Shown: positions 21,011-31,192, numbered from the stretch's first letter. The stretch is DNA of 64,000 nucleotides from an uncultured Desulfarculus sp. (GCA_963665125.2 CAXXUK010000001.1:256001-320000), one strand, 5' to 3'. Numbers and translations are program-made. Notes: generated by a model not told the origin, from the letters alone.

Positions 21011-21337
21011 TCAGAACCTCCTGGGGAGCATGGGCTCTCCACGGTCCAAGTATCTGAAATGATGTTTAAATTGAATGAAGGTGGCGACCATTATGGCGCT
21101 TTCCGGGCAGATGGCCACGCAATCGCAACAACTCATGCATTGACCCTCCAGGCTGGGGCGCATACTGGGCTTTTTCTCATCTAAATAGATGGCGTCTGCG
21201 GCGCAGGTCTGGGCGCAAAGACCGCAGCCGATGCACTTTTCATGGTCGAATTCAACCGAGCCGAAGAAGACGTCCCGTCCGATGAGCGTCAGGTTCTCAA
21301 TGTGCTTTATGGATTTTTTGTCCAGTTTTTCCGGCAT
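21011..21337 (-). CDS. 2x[4Fe-4S] ferredoxin-like protein
   Basis: CIGCGLCAQTC and CMSCCDCVAICP. Confidence 0.9.
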   Translation of the reverse strand: MPEKLDKKSIKHIENLTLIGRDVFFGSVEFDHEKCIGCGLCAQTCAADAIYLDEKKPSMRPSLEGQCMSCCDCVAICPESAIMVATFIQFKHHFRYLDRGEPMLPRRF

Positions 21338-21354
21338 CTTGTCGCTCCATTATT

Positions 21355-22077
21355 TCAATAGACGATTTTTAAGCCGTCCTCGTCGTACCAGTCAATGGCC
21401 TGGGTTTCGCGGGGCACATAACCATCGGGGATGCCCTTGGGGTAGCCGATGCCAATGGAGGTGTAGAATTTATATGGATATTCGATTCCGAGGCGCTTTT
21501 TCCATTCCTTGGAAGTGCCCGCTATCGACGAGAAGCTGACCCAGCAGGTGCCCAAGCCGAAGCTGTGCGCAGCCAGGACCATGTTCTGGCCCGTGATGCC
21601 CACGTCGATACGCTCATCACCAGGGGTTCGGATATCGGCCAATATGAGTACGACCGTAGGGGCACCGTGCCAGAGGCCGAGCCTTTGATTGCCGATAAGC
21701 TTCATTGCGGTGAAGGGAACCGGATGAAATGCCCTGGGCAGGATTCTCTGGGCCAGCTTTGCCCGCCATATCTTCTTTTCCTTGCCGGGGTCGGTGTAGT
21801 CAACCACCTTGCTAATCTTGGCGCATTGCTTTATGACATGTTGGGTCATCTCCTCGATCATCTTGCCGTCGCGAACCACGATGAACTTCCAGGTTTGGGC
21901 ATTGCCCGCCGAGGGGGCGAAACGGCCCGCCTCTAGGATGCGGCGGATCAGGTACTCCGGCACCTGTTTTTGTTTGTAGGCGCGAACGCTTCTTCTTCGG
22001 TATATGATGTCTTCCACCTCGTTGAAATCCGCTCCGGATTCCGGTGGATTGATGCGTTTGGCTTCAGCTTTTTCCAT
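21355..22077 (-). CDS. Nitroreductase family protein
   Basis: RRSVRAY, RFAPSAGNAQTW, QNMVLAAHSFGLGTCW, IGIGYP. Confidence 0.92.
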   Translation of the reverse strand: MEKAEAKRINPPESGADFNEVEDIIYRRRSVRAYKQKQVPEYLIRRILEAGRFAPSAGNAQTWKFIVVRDGKMIEEMTQHVIKQCAKISKVVDYTDPGKEKKIWRAKLAQRILPRAFHPVPFTAMKLIGNQRLGLWHGAPTVVLILADIRTPGDERIDVGITGQNMVLAAHSFGLGTCWVSFSSIAGTSKEWKKRLGIEYPYKFYTSIGIGYPKGIPDGYVPRETQAIDWYDEDGLKIVY

Positions 22078-22328
22078 GGAACAAACCCTCCTGAATTGTT
22101 TTATTATCCGCCGGTTTGCGAGACCATGGTCTCCCCGTGGAGCTTGGGCCTCCTCGGCGCGGAAAACGGCTAACGAATGTGATTGCCGGCCGCTTTGGGG
22201 AAAAGTGGATATGGCCAGGAATGCCGCGCTGCTCTTTCATGGAATGCCCCACCGCAACCCACTGCCCAGTTCGGAGTCGGCGGCATCCCCGGCCGGATTG
22301 ACGGCAAACCAGGACCGTACCCCGGTGC

Positions 22329-23159
22329 TCAGGTCAGCCTGATTCCGTTACGCCATCTTCTGTAATCCTTCAGGGCAAACTTCATCATCAATGTCGGGCT
22401 CAGCCTAGCCACCCACCACATGACTCTGGTCATGCCGGTTACGGGAATGATTGCCTTGTCCTTGGCAACACCTTTAATTATTTCCCGGGCGCATTTTTCC
22501 GGTGATATGCCGAACCGTTCATAGGCTGATATCGCCGCTTTCCACTTTTCCGGATCCAAGTTGATTTTTTCGCTGGTGTCGAAAATCGGGGTCTTGATGA
22601 AGCCGGGGCAGACCACGCTGACCTTTACCCCCAGATCCCTGCCTTCAACCCACATGCTTTGCGACAGGCCCATGACCGCGAATTTGCTGGCCACATAAGA
22701 CGCCGTGGAAGGAAAGGGCACCAAACCTTCCACCGAAGACAGGTTGATGATGTGTCCGAACCCCTGGTTGGTCATCAGCTTGTAGGCGCTCAAACTGCCG
22801 TGGATCACTCCGAAAAGGTTCACATCCAGAATCTTTCGCCAGTCAGCCACCGATGTGTCGCGGATTTCGCCACCCGCCGCTATGCCTGCGTTGTTGAACA
22901 GATAATCCAGCCGCCCTTCCTGCCGGGCCGTATCGGCGATTAGCTTGTCAAAGGCATCGTGGTCGGTGACGTTCAGCGCCGCCGCCCTGGCTCTTCCTCC
23001 TTGGGCCGTAATCTCCGGTATGGACTGTCGCAATGCGTCTTCGTTGACGTCGGTGGCAATGACCAAGGAGCCTCTTTGGGCCAGCTCGCGGCATAGGGCC
23101 TTGCCGATGCCCGAGGCCGCTCCCGTTACGACGCTCACTGAGTTTTGGTATTTTTTCAT
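22329..23159 (-). CDS. Short-chain dehydrogenase/reductase
   Basis: TGAASGIG, NNAG, YVASK. Confidence 0.93.
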   Translation of the reverse strand: MKKYQNSVSVVTGAASGIGKALCRELAQRGSLVIATDVNEDALRQSIPEITAQGGRARAAALNVTDHDAFDKLIADTARQEGRLDYLFNNAGIAAGGEIRDTSVADWRKILDVNLFGVIHGSLSAYKLMTNQGFGHIINLSSVEGLVPFPSTASYVASKFAVMGLSQSMWVEGRDLGVKVSVVCPGFIKTPIFDTSEKINLDPEKWKAAISAYERFGISPEKCAREIIKGVAKDKAIIPVTGMTRVMWWVARLSPTLMMKFALKDYRRWRNGIRLT

Positions 23160-23196
23160 CCTATCCCCGCTCCTTAACCGTCCAGGAAAGGCTATG

Positions 23197-23421
23197 CCAA
23201 CCTATCGGACAAGGATGGGTGCCCCGTCCGATAGGTTGGATTAAACGCCGGCTCCCGCTCAGAGGGCACGGGTTTACGGCGTGTTTTCCCCCCCGACCTC
23301 GGCCTGTTTGGCCCGCCAATTTGCGCAGTTTGCAAAAACAAGCAAATTGAGCTACTTGGCAAAACTGCGCTTTTGCCAAGTAGCGGTTGAAAAAGTCCAG
23401 GACGGACTTTTTCAACACCTT
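23197..23421. repeat. Cluster of inverted repeats (REP/MITE-like element)
   Basis: CCAACCTATCGGAC/GTCCGATAGGTTGG (23197-23239), GCTACTTGGCAAAA/TTTTGCCAAGTAGC (23351-23384), GTTGAAAAAGTCC/GGACTTTTTCAAC (23386-23416). Confidence 0.7.
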
Positions 23422-24671
23422 GTTAGCCCTTCCAGGATGTGCACGCACATGGCGGCCTCTTCAAAGCCGAGGTTGCCGCCGCCGTTTTCGGCAAGGGCGA
23501 TGCGGCAGCCCTCGACCTGCCTTGGCCCTGCCTCGTGGCGTAGCTGCGTTACCAACTCGTGTATCTGCCCCAGGCCCGAAGCCCCCACCGGATGGCCGCG
23601 GGATTCCAGGCCGCCGGAGGGGTTGATCGGCAGCTTGCCGCCCAGGCGCGTGGCGCCGCTCATGGCAAAGGGGCCGCCCTCTCCCGAGGGGCAAAATCCC
23701 AGGACCTCGCACTGGGCCACTTCGCCGAAGGCCGTGGCGTCGTGCACCTCGGCCAGGTCGATATCCCGGGGGCCCAGCCCAGCCATTTCATAGGCCCTGC
23801 GGCCCAGCCGGGCCCCAATACAGCGGTCCAGGTCGCCGATCGGGCGGTCTATTCCGGAGCCGAGCACCGAGGCCCTGATCTTCACCGCCCGGGACGAACC
23901 CAATTTTTTGAGGTAATCGGCGGAGCAGACCACCGCCGCAGCCGCGCCGTCTCCCACCGGCGCGCACATGGGCACGGTAAGGGGGTAGACCACCGGCCGC
24001 GCCGCCAGAATCTCCTCCACGCTCATGTCTTTGCGGAACTGGGCCTTGGGGTTGAGTGAACCGTGGAAGTGGTTCTTGCTGGCTATGAATGCCAACTGCT
24101 CCTGGGTGGTGCCGAAAGTGGCCATGTGCCAGCGGCACATCCCGGCGTATACGTCCATGAATGCGCTACGGCTCTTGCCCGCCCCATCGTTGTCTGTCTC
24201 TACCTGAATTTTCAGATCAAGATCGTCGAGCACACCACGCCACATGGCGAAATGGGTTGCTATCTCCGCCACGTCAACCCCGGAGTTGTAGGCCTGGAAG
24301 GTTTTGATCTTGTCTTGGTTGTAGAGCTTTTCCATGCCCACGGCCATGGCGCAGTCGTACATCCCCGCGGCCACCCCCTGCCAGGCCAGGTGAAAGGCGG
24401 TGGCTCCGCCGGCGCAGGCGTTTTCCACGTTGGTGATGGGGATGCCCTGTAGGCCCAGGGGCCTGAGAGCCACCTGACCACGGATGCAGTGCTGGTTCTC
24501 GAACCAGCCCCACGCGGAATTGGAAAAGATCGCGGTTTCTATTTGTCTCGCGGCCACCCCTGCGTCTTTCAAGGTGTCGCCAACGGCTTCGGCAACCAAA
24601 TGCTTTTCGCTTCGGTCCAGGTGTTTGGCAAATTGGGTCATGCCAACGCCGATCACATATACATCGCGCAT
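23412..24671 (-). CDS. Thiolase family protein (SCP-x/SCP2-thiolase type)
   Basis: NVENACAGG, CAPVGDGAAA, AEVHDA, INPSGGLESRGHPVGASG, ENGGG. Confidence 0.93.
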   Translation of the reverse strand: MRDVYVIGVGMTQFAKHLDRSEKHLVAEAVGDTLKDAGVAARQIETAIFSNSAWGWFENQHCIRGQVALRPLGLQGIPITNVENACAGGATAFHLAWQGVAAGMYDCAMAVGMEKLYNQDKIKTFQAYNSGVDVAEIATHFAMWRGVLDDLDLKIQVETDNDGAGKSRSAFMDVYAGMCRWHMATFGTTQEQLAFIASKNHFHGSLNPKAQFRKDMSVEEILAARPVVYPLTVPMCAPVGDGAAAAVVCSADYLKKLGSSRAVKIRASVLGSGIDRPIGDLDRCIGARLGRRAYEMAGLGPRDIDLAEVHDATAFGEVAQCEVLGFCPSGEGGPFAMSGATRLGGKLPINPSGGLESRGHPVGASGLGQIHELVTQLRHEAGPRQVEGCRIALAENGGGNLGFEEAAMCVHILEGLTRC

Positions 24672-24680
24672 GCCCGCTCC

Positions 24681-26039
24681 CTATTTGCCCTCGTAGAGTT
24701 TTTCGAAGACCTGGCCCTTGTAATGGCTGCGCTCCAGGGAACCCGGCTCGGCCCAGATAATCTTGGGGTTGATCTTGAGCTTGCGGCTCATGGTCTCGGC
24801 CAGTTCCTTTTCCAAAGCCTCCAGGGCGGAGCCTTCCACCCCCTGGGCGTGCTCCACCCGGATCTTCAGGGGCGGAACCACCCTTGGCGGCTTTTCGTCC
24901 AAAACGATGCGCATCTCGCCGGTGACCCTGGGCAAGAATTCGTTGACCACGCCCTTGATGTGGCTGGGGTAGACCATTACGCCCTTGACCTTGAGCATGT
25001 CGTCGGCCCGGCCGATGACCTTGTAGCGGAAGCCCGTGCGGCCGCAGGGGCAGGGGGCGGTGAAGACCTGATGGATGTCTCCCATGCCCTGGCGCATCCA
25101 GACAAAGCCGTCTCCGACCAGGGTGGTGAACAGGGCCTCGCCCTTGGCCCCGTTTTCCAAAGGGATTGGCTCCCTGGTCTCCGGGTCGACCAACTCGTAG
25201 TAGGCCAGGTCGTCGCCGAGCCAGTGCATGCCTTGATACTCTTCATGGTCGCAGGAGCATCCGAAGCCCGCGCCCGCGTCGAATACCCGGCAGCCATAGG
25301 CTTCTTCCAGCTTTTTACGTACTTCTGGAATGCCCGCTCCCGGTTCGCCGCCCAGAAACAGGGCCTTGAACCCCAACTCGCTCACCGGTTTGCCCAGGAT
25401 CTTGGGGCATTGCTCGATGAGGTATTCGGCCAGGGATGGCGTGCCGGAGTAGACCGTGCCCCGGAAAAGGCTTTGCATCAGCAAAATGCGCTCGCTTTTG
25501 GCTTCGGCGCCTACCGGCAGCATGGTGGAGCCAAGCTTCTGCATGCCCATCATGCTGGGCACCCCGGCGATGACCATGGAAAGGGCAAAACACCACAGGA
25601 CGCGGTCGTTGGGCCGGATTCCGGCCCGCCAGGCGCCACGGGCCCCGGATTCACCCCACAGGTCGGTGATGTCGAAGTTGGTCAGGGGGTACGGCGTGGG
25701 GATGCCGGTGGTGCCGGTGGTGGTGGCCAGGTAGTCGATTTCGTCGATGGGGACCGGCATGATCTGGTCCAGGGCCTTGAGGATGTCGCCGCCGCATTCG
25801 CCGACCAATGCTATCAGTGACGCCTTGTCAAACGGTCTTATCTTCTCCTTGAACTCATCAAAGCCGGACAACTGATCGGGAACGAGCCCGGCCTCCTTGA
25901 ACATTTTGGCGTAAAAGGGCGCATTGGCCTCCATGCGCCCCAGCATGACTTTGAGCTTTTTTAGCTGGATCTGCTCCATCTGGGGAGTGTTCAACAGCGG
26001 CTCTATTTCCATATTCCAATATTGTCTGTTTTGGTCCAT
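24681..26039 (-). CDS. Phenylacetate-CoA ligase family (PaaK-like) aryl/acyl-CoA ligase
   Basis: TTGTTGIPT, GGEPG, CPCGRT, GRADDMLKVKGVMVYPS. Confidence 0.88.
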   Translation of the reverse strand: MDQNRQYWNMEIEPLLNTPQMEQIQLKKLKVMLGRMEANAPFYAKMFKEAGLVPDQLSGFDEFKEKIRPFDKASLIALVGECGGDILKALDQIMPVPIDEIDYLATTTGTTGIPTPYPLTNFDITDLWGESGARGAWRAGIRPNDRVLWCFALSMVIAGVPSMMGMQKLGSTMLPVGAEAKSERILLMQSLFRGTVYSGTPSLAEYLIEQCPKILGKPVSELGFKALFLGGEPGAGIPEVRKKLEEAYGCRVFDAGAGFGCSCDHEEYQGMHWLGDDLAYYELVDPETREPIPLENGAKGEALFTTLVGDGFVWMRQGMGDIHQVFTAPCPCGRTGFRYKVIGRADDMLKVKGVMVYPSHIKGVVNEFLPRVTGEMRIVLDEKPPRVVPPLKIRVEHAQGVEGSALEALEKELAETMSRKLKINPKIIWAEPGSLERSHYKGQVFEKLYEGK

Positions 26040-26116
26040 CTGATAATTACTCCGCGTGATTCATTTCGGTGCCTGTTCTTTGGTGTCGGTGGTTTGTCGA
26101 ACCCGCCGGCCTCCTG

Positions 26117-27385
26117 CTAGAAATCCAGGGGCGGGCGCGGGTAGTCTTCCTTCAGCAAATGGCCGCCGTGGCGCTGAAGGGTTTCATTGTTGCCGTCTTC
26201 GATAAGGGAGGCCCTGGAATCGCGGAAGAGCTTTTCGATGAGGTATTCCTTGGTCAGGCCGTTGCCTCCGAAGAGCTGGACAGAGTCGTGGGCGTTGCGG
26301 TAGGCCATCTCGGTGCATTGGGTCTTGGCCACCAGCGAGTATTCAGTCACCGGCGGAGACACGTTGAGGTTCAGGTTCAGCACGGCCCGTGACAGGGCCC
26401 GGCAGGTTTCCGTGCGGGCGAACAGCTTGAAGACCCGCTGCTTGGTGGTGTAGTGCTCGATGATGGGGCGGCCGCCCTGGACCCTTTCCTTGGCGTATTC
26501 AAGTGATTCCTCAAAGGCCGCCCGGGCCACACCGGTGGACCAGCAGGCCATGGACATGTTGGCCGAGGCCAGGATCATGTCCAACAGTGGCACGTAAAAG
26601 TCGGGTTCAACCAGCATGTGGTTTTGGGGCACGTGAACGTTATCGAAAAAAATTTCGCCCTGGTTCAGGTCGCGCTGGCCGATCTTTTCCAGCGGTTTGC
26701 CCTTGGCCACCCCCGGCAGATCCAGGGGAACCATGCATACGCCGTTTCCGGTGAAGCCCAGGGAAGGGTCGATCTGCACGTGCAGCAGGGTGTGGGTGGC
26801 GATGGTGCCGCCGGAGACCCAGGCTGATTTCTGGCCGTTAAGCACCCAGTCGTCGCCATCCAGCCGGGCCTGGAGGCTGCCGCGCAATTTTGACGATTCG
26901 AACCATTCCTCGCCCATGCCCACGCTGTCTGAGCCGTGGTCCGGTTCGGTGATGCCCCAGCATCCCCTGATGCTGCCGTCGGTGCACTCGGCGAACGGCA
27001 CCACGTATTTGTCGACCAGCTCCTCGTTGCCGTTCATGCAGATAAAGGCAAAGGGGAAGGCACCGACGGCCAGCATCACCGACAGGCCGATGCTGCCCCA
27101 ACCCATTTCCTCGTAGACCAGGTGGGTTTGCAGCGGGGTTAGGCCCAGGCCGCCGTAGTACTCCGGCAGGAGGATCGTATGGTAGCCGAGTTGGTAGGCC
27201 TGCTTCCAAAATTCCCACATGGGCGACCCTTCGGCGATGGCCTCCTCGCCGGTCATCGCGTCCAGTTCCCTGGCCACGGGGCGCATGACCTCTTTGGCGA
27301 ATTTGTGGGCCGCTTCGCGCAGGGCGATGTCCTCATCGGTCAATTCGATGTTCATGTCGAAATATCCGTTGATGCTCATTTCCAC
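26117..27385 (-). CDS. Acyl-CoA dehydrogenase family protein
   Basis: ITEPDHGSD, LNGQKSAWVS, YAKERVQGG, QLFGGNG, EKLFRD. Confidence 0.93.
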   Translation of the reverse strand: MEMSINGYFDMNIELTDEDIALREAAHKFAKEVMRPVARELDAMTGEEAIAEGSPMWEFWKQAYQLGYHTILLPEYYGGLGLTPLQTHLVYEEMGWGSIGLSVMLAVGAFPFAFICMNGNEELVDKYVVPFAECTDGSIRGCWGITEPDHGSDSVGMGEEWFESSKLRGSLQARLDGDDWVLNGQKSAWVSGGTIATHTLLHVQIDPSLGFTGNGVCMVPLDLPGVAKGKPLEKIGQRDLNQGEIFFDNVHVPQNHMLVEPDFYVPLLDMILASANMSMACWSTGVARAAFEESLEYAKERVQGGRPIIEHYTTKQRVFKLFARTETCRALSRAVLNLNLNVSPPVTEYSLVAKTQCTEMAYRNAHDSVQLFGGNGLTKEYLIEKLFRDSRASLIEDGNNETLQRHGGHLLKEDYPRPPLDF

Positions 27386-27428
27386 TCCTCATGATTCAAA
27401 TTGGTTTTGAAAGGTGCGACGGGCCGGT

Positions 27429-27827
27429 TCAGTTCAGGGGCACGCCGTATTTTTGGCAATACTCCGGATAGAGATCCCGGCCGGAGCTGAGGAGCGGCAG
27501 TATCTGCATGACCTTGCCCACGGGGCCTTTGGCCTTTATCTTGCGGGTCGCTATGGCCTTGGGAATGTTGACCCGGTTGAGCCAGAAATTATGGACCGTG
27601 TTACCGCTCATCTTCATGACAACGGTTGGTTTCTGGGCGCTGGCATCGTCGCCGAACTTGGGGCCGTTGCTGTCGATGTACATGACCACGTCCGGGTCGT
27701 TGACGTAGAACGTCATGGAAACGCCGAGAGCCTTGAGTTTGGTGCCAAACTCGGTCTCGTTGATCAGTTTCACCCAGAGATCGCCGAACAACTCTTCAGC
27801 CAGGGCCGTATTGGTATAAATTGCCAT
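27429..27827 (-). CDS. SCP2 sterol/lipid-binding domain protein
   Basis: Start re-assigned to MAIYTN (GAGGG RBS); VVMKMSGNTVHNFWLNRVNIPKAIATRKIKAKGP SCP2 pattern. Confidence 0.8.
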   Translation of the reverse strand: MAIYTNTALAEELFGDLWVKLINETEFGTKLKALGVSMTFYVNDPDVVMYIDSNGPKFGDDASAQKPTVVMKMSGNTVHNFWLNRVNIPKAIATRKIKAKGPVGKVMQILPLLSSGRDLYPEYCQKYGVPLN

Positions 27828-27885
27828 GTTATCCCTCTCTTTGATCCTATTTCGACAAAGCGTTAATAACTGTTTGGCACTGTTA

Positions 27886-27902
27886 AGCAACGCCCATGCC
27901 AA
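27886..27902 (-). promoter_or_regulatory. Sigma-54 promoter of the SCP2-ACAD-ligase-thiolase operon
   Basis: Minus strand TTGGCATGGGCGTTGCT, GG-N10-GC, adjacent AT-rich tract, divergent activator gene. Confidence 0.8.
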
Positions 27903-28030
27903 AAATAGTTGCAAGATAAAATATTGAAAATAAAGTAAAAATAAAAACTATGGTCCAGAGGTGAAAATAATTGTTGAAATGCGGACGCCATTTCTGACTC
28001 AATTAGATCACTTGATTACAGGTCAATCGG

Positions 28031-31000
28031 TTGAAGGAGAGGGCGATGCCGGTAACAACACAGCAGCAAAAACCGGAAAGCGGCGGGACAATGTTCAGCG
28101 ATGAACAATGGCGTTTCCTGGCCGTGGTGGACATCCTGGGTGAGTCGGCCCTTTTAGATGTGGTCGGGGAGGTGGTGCCTTTAAAGCCGGGGCCCTTGTT
28201 TATGTTGCTGGATACGGCAAAGGACATGGGTTGGCTCAAGCAGGACGCCGCTCATCGGCTCGGCCTCACCAAAGATGTTCCCGCCTGGGCATTGGATAAA
28301 ATGCGGGAAATTGGCCGGAACGAAGACCTGGGCTCGGTTCTGGACAAGCTTTGCGACCTGGGTGCGGAAAAACAATTGTCCTCCCGGGACTATTTGGATT
28401 TGCTGCGCCGATGCGGCAGGCACGAGGGACTTGCCGAGGCGTTGTTGGGCCAAGCCTACGAATCGCTGGTGGACAAGGACTACCACTCGGCATGGGACGG
28501 GCTGGCGTCCGCTTTGGATACGATTCGGACGCACCTTGACGCCAACCGCATGACCTCTGAATTCATCTCCGGAGCCCTGGATTTTTCCAACCTGTCGTTT
28601 TTGCTGGGCAAGGGCTTTGCCAAGCTTCCGGAGTTGTTGCTGCGGGCCCAGGAACTCAGCGCTTTGCTGGGCGATCAACGGTCCCATGCCTTGATCAACC
28701 TTCATCTGGGCAGGATCTTCTATTTTTCGAACCGGCGAAAGGATGCCCTGCTGGCCTTGAATGTCGGCCTGACCGAGGTGGAAGACCTGGGGGACTATGA
28801 AATGAAATGCCGCGCCGCCGAGTTCCTGGGCTTGTGCTACTACATGCAGGGCATGTTCAGGGAAGCGCGCACGCATCTGGAAAGAGCTGATGAGCTTTAT
28901 GGCAACCCTGGCCCGTTCACCGTTCCAGCACCCATGGCGCCGTTGCTGTTGGGATATTGTTTGATCTACCTGGGAGAAATGCATCAGGCCCTGGGCAGTT
29001 TGGATTGCAACTGGCGGCTGGCCATGGAACGTGGAGAACACGCCTTGGCCTCGGCGCTGAGGTCAACGCTGGGCACGCTGCTGGTTCTGCTGAATAAAAA
29101 GCGGGAGGCCAAGGTCCACCTGGAGGCGGCGTTGGAGCAGGCCACATCCATCGGCAGCGACCTGACCCAATACCTGATAAGCGGTGGTATCGCCATGGGC
29201 CATATGCTTGACGGAGAAGCAACCAAGGCCCGGCAGGTGTTGGAAAAGTCCTTCAGGCGTAGCGCCGAAATCGGAATGGCCCGCCAGTATTCCTCTCCCT
29301 GGATTCTGGAGATGACGTTCAAAATGGAGCGGTTAGGGTTGCCGCCAGTTAAAAACCATGGTTTCAGCGAGGCCGTCGAACAGATTTGGCAGGAGGAAAA
29401 CGTCCATCTCAAGGGCGTGGCCCTGCGCCTTCAGGCAAAACTGGCCCAGGAGGGCGGCCGCAAGCCTGAGGCGATAACGGCGATGTTTGAAAAGAGCATG
29501 GAATATCTCCAGTGTTCGGGAGACTCCGTGCAGTTGGCCAAGACGCTATTGGCCATGGCGCGGCACCAGAAGTCCATGGGCCGGGGTGATGAGGCCCGAA
29601 CTTTGGCCAAGAGGGCCTGGAACACCCTCGGTGGTTATGCCGAGGCGTTTTTCCCGGACGACATGCGGCCACTATTGGAACAGCGGGACCTTTCGGAAAG
29701 CAAGGAGGCGGGCAAACGTGATTTTCTCAACCGCTATTTGGCCCTGATGGAGAGCCTTCTCCCCTTGGAGGATCAGGAGGAAATTCTCTACAAGACCGTG
29801 GCGGCCACCAACCGGCTGTTCGGCGCCGAAAGAGGGGCCTTATTTTGGTTTCCGGGCGGAAAGCCGACCGACACTCCCCTAATCAGGGCCACCGCCAACC
29901 TGACCAAGGGCGAAGTGTCGGGGGACGACTTTAAAGATTTGCTTGATTTGGTGATTCGCTCGTTTAGGGAAAACCGGCCCATCCTGACCAGATTCCATCA
30001 CGGCGCGCCGGCCGGCAACATCCGACACAAGGTAGCCGCCGCCGTGTGTCTGCCCATCACGGTCGGCAACGGACTGCGGGGTGTTTTGTATCACGACAAC
30101 ACCTTCATGGACGACTGCTTCGATTTTTTGGACGAGGCCCTGATCCAGCGGCTTGTGGGGCACATAAGCAGCTATGTTGAACGGATCATAAACGAATCTT
30201 TGCAGGCGCAAAAAAGCGTGGCCCTGGGGCCCGATGTTTCGCTATGTGCGTCCCATAACGACGGCGAAAACCTGGTTTTCCGCAGTTCGGTCATGCAAAG
30301 GCTTATCGGTCAGGTGGACAAGGCCGCCGCCGCCGATTCCAGCATCTTGATTCTGGGCGAAACCGGAGTGGGCAAGGAACTGCTGGCCCGGCGCATACAC
30401 GCCAATAGCGGCCGCGGCGAGGGCGCCTTTGTGGTGGTCGACGCCACGACCATACCGGAGTCCCTTTTCGAAAGCGAACTGTTCGGCCACGAGAAGGGTT
30501 CGTTTACCGGCGCTGACCGCCAGAAGAGAGGGCGTCTGGAATTGGCTGACGGCGGCACCTTGTTCATTGACGAGGTTGGGGAACTGCCGCTTTCCACCCA
30601 GGCCAAGTTTCTGCGGGCGCTGCAAGAAAAATCCTTTTCCCGGGTGGGCGGACTGCGGTCGATCAACTCCGATTTCCGCCTTGTGGCGGCGACCAACCGT
30701 GATCTCGCCGCCCAGGTTTCGGCGGGCCGGTTCCGGGAAGACCTCTACTACCGGTTGAACGTCGTGCCTGTCACCCTGCCGCCTTTGCGGGAGCGCAAAG
30801 AGGATATCGCCTACTTGGCCCAATTCTTTTTGCAGCGTTACGCCAAGAAATACAACAGGGCCGATCTGCTGCTTTTCCCGGAGCAACAGGCAAAGTTGGA
30901 GGGTTATTTCTGGCCGGGCAATGTGCGCGAATTGGAGAATGTCATGGAGCGGGCTGTTTTGCTTTCCGCCGACCGGCTTGAGGTGAATCTGCCTCTGGAT

Positions 31001-31192
31001 GTCGGCCCCAAGGCTGATTCCCCCTTTGATGGCCGGCCGACCTTGGATGAAATGCAGAGGACCTACATCCGCCAGGTCCTCAATAGCACCAACGGGAAAA
31101 TGGGCGGGCCCGGCGGGGCGGCGGAAATCCTGGGCATGAAAAGGACCAGCCTTTATTCACGAATGAGAGCCTTGGGCATGCTGTCTCAATAA
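28031..31192 (+). CDS. Large sigma-54-dependent activator (helical/TPR-like N-region, GAF, AAA+, HTH)
   Basis: GETGVGKE, ELFGHEKGSFTGA, GTLFIDEVGE, WPGNVRELEN; GAF-like segment AAVCLPITV...GVLYHDN; start uncertain (28031/28046/28091). Confidence 0.92.
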   Translation: MKERAMPVTTQQQKPESGGTMFSDEQWRFLAVVDILGESALLDVVGEVVPLKPGPLFMLLDTAKDMGWLKQDAAHRLGLTKDVPAWALDKMREIGRNEDLGSVLDKLCDLGAEKQLSSRDYLDLLRRCGRHEGLAEALLGQAYESLVDKDYHSAWDGLASALDTIRTHLDANRMTSEFISGALDFSNLSFLLGKGFAKLPELLLRAQELSALLGDQRSHALINLHLGRIFYFSNRRKDALLALNVGLTEVEDLGDYEMKCRAAEFLGLCYYMQGMFREARTHLERADELYGNPGPFTVPAPMAPLLLGYCLIYLGEMHQALGSLDCNWRLAMERGEHALASALRSTLGTLLVLLNKKREAKVHLEAALEQATSIGSDLTQYLISGGIAMGHMLDGEATKARQVLEKSFRRSAEIGMARQYSSPWILEMTFKMERLGLPPVKNHGFSEAVEQIWQEENVHLKGVALRLQAKLAQEGGRKPEAITAMFEKSMEYLQCSGDSVQLAKTLLAMARHQKSMGRGDEARTLAKRAWNTLGGYAEAFFPDDMRPLLEQRDLSESKEAGKRDFLNRYLALMESLLPLEDQEEILYKTVAATNRLFGAERGALFWFPGGKPTDTPLIRATANLTKGEVSGDDFKDLLDLVIRSFRENRPILTRFHHGAPAGNIRHKVAAAVCLPITVGNGLRGVLYHDNTFMDDCFDFLDEALIQRLVGHISSYVERIINESLQAQKSVALGPDVSLCASHNDGENLVFRSSVMQRLIGQVDKAAAADSSILILGETGVGKELLARRIHANSGRGEGAFVVVDATTIPESLFESELFGHEKGSFTGADRQKRGRLELADGGTLFIDEVGELPLSTQAKFLRALQEKSFSRVGGLRSINSDFRLVAATNRDLAAQVSAGRFREDLYYRLNVVPVTLPPLRERKEDIAYLAQFFLQRYAKKYNRADLLLFPEQQAKLEGYFWPGNVRELENVMERAVLLSADRLEVNLPLDVGPKADSPFDGRPTLDEMQRTYIRQVLNSTNGKMGGPGGAAEILGMKRTSLYSRMRALGMLSQ

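Noticed and set aside
23197..23421. CRISPR array or tRNA
   Set aside because: The repeats are distinct inverted pairs, not direct repeats with spacers, and there is no cloverleaf or T-loop signature.
27875..27889. Plus-strand TGGCAC...GC sigma-54-like site
   Set aside because: GG-to-GC spacing is 9 nt rather than the required 10.
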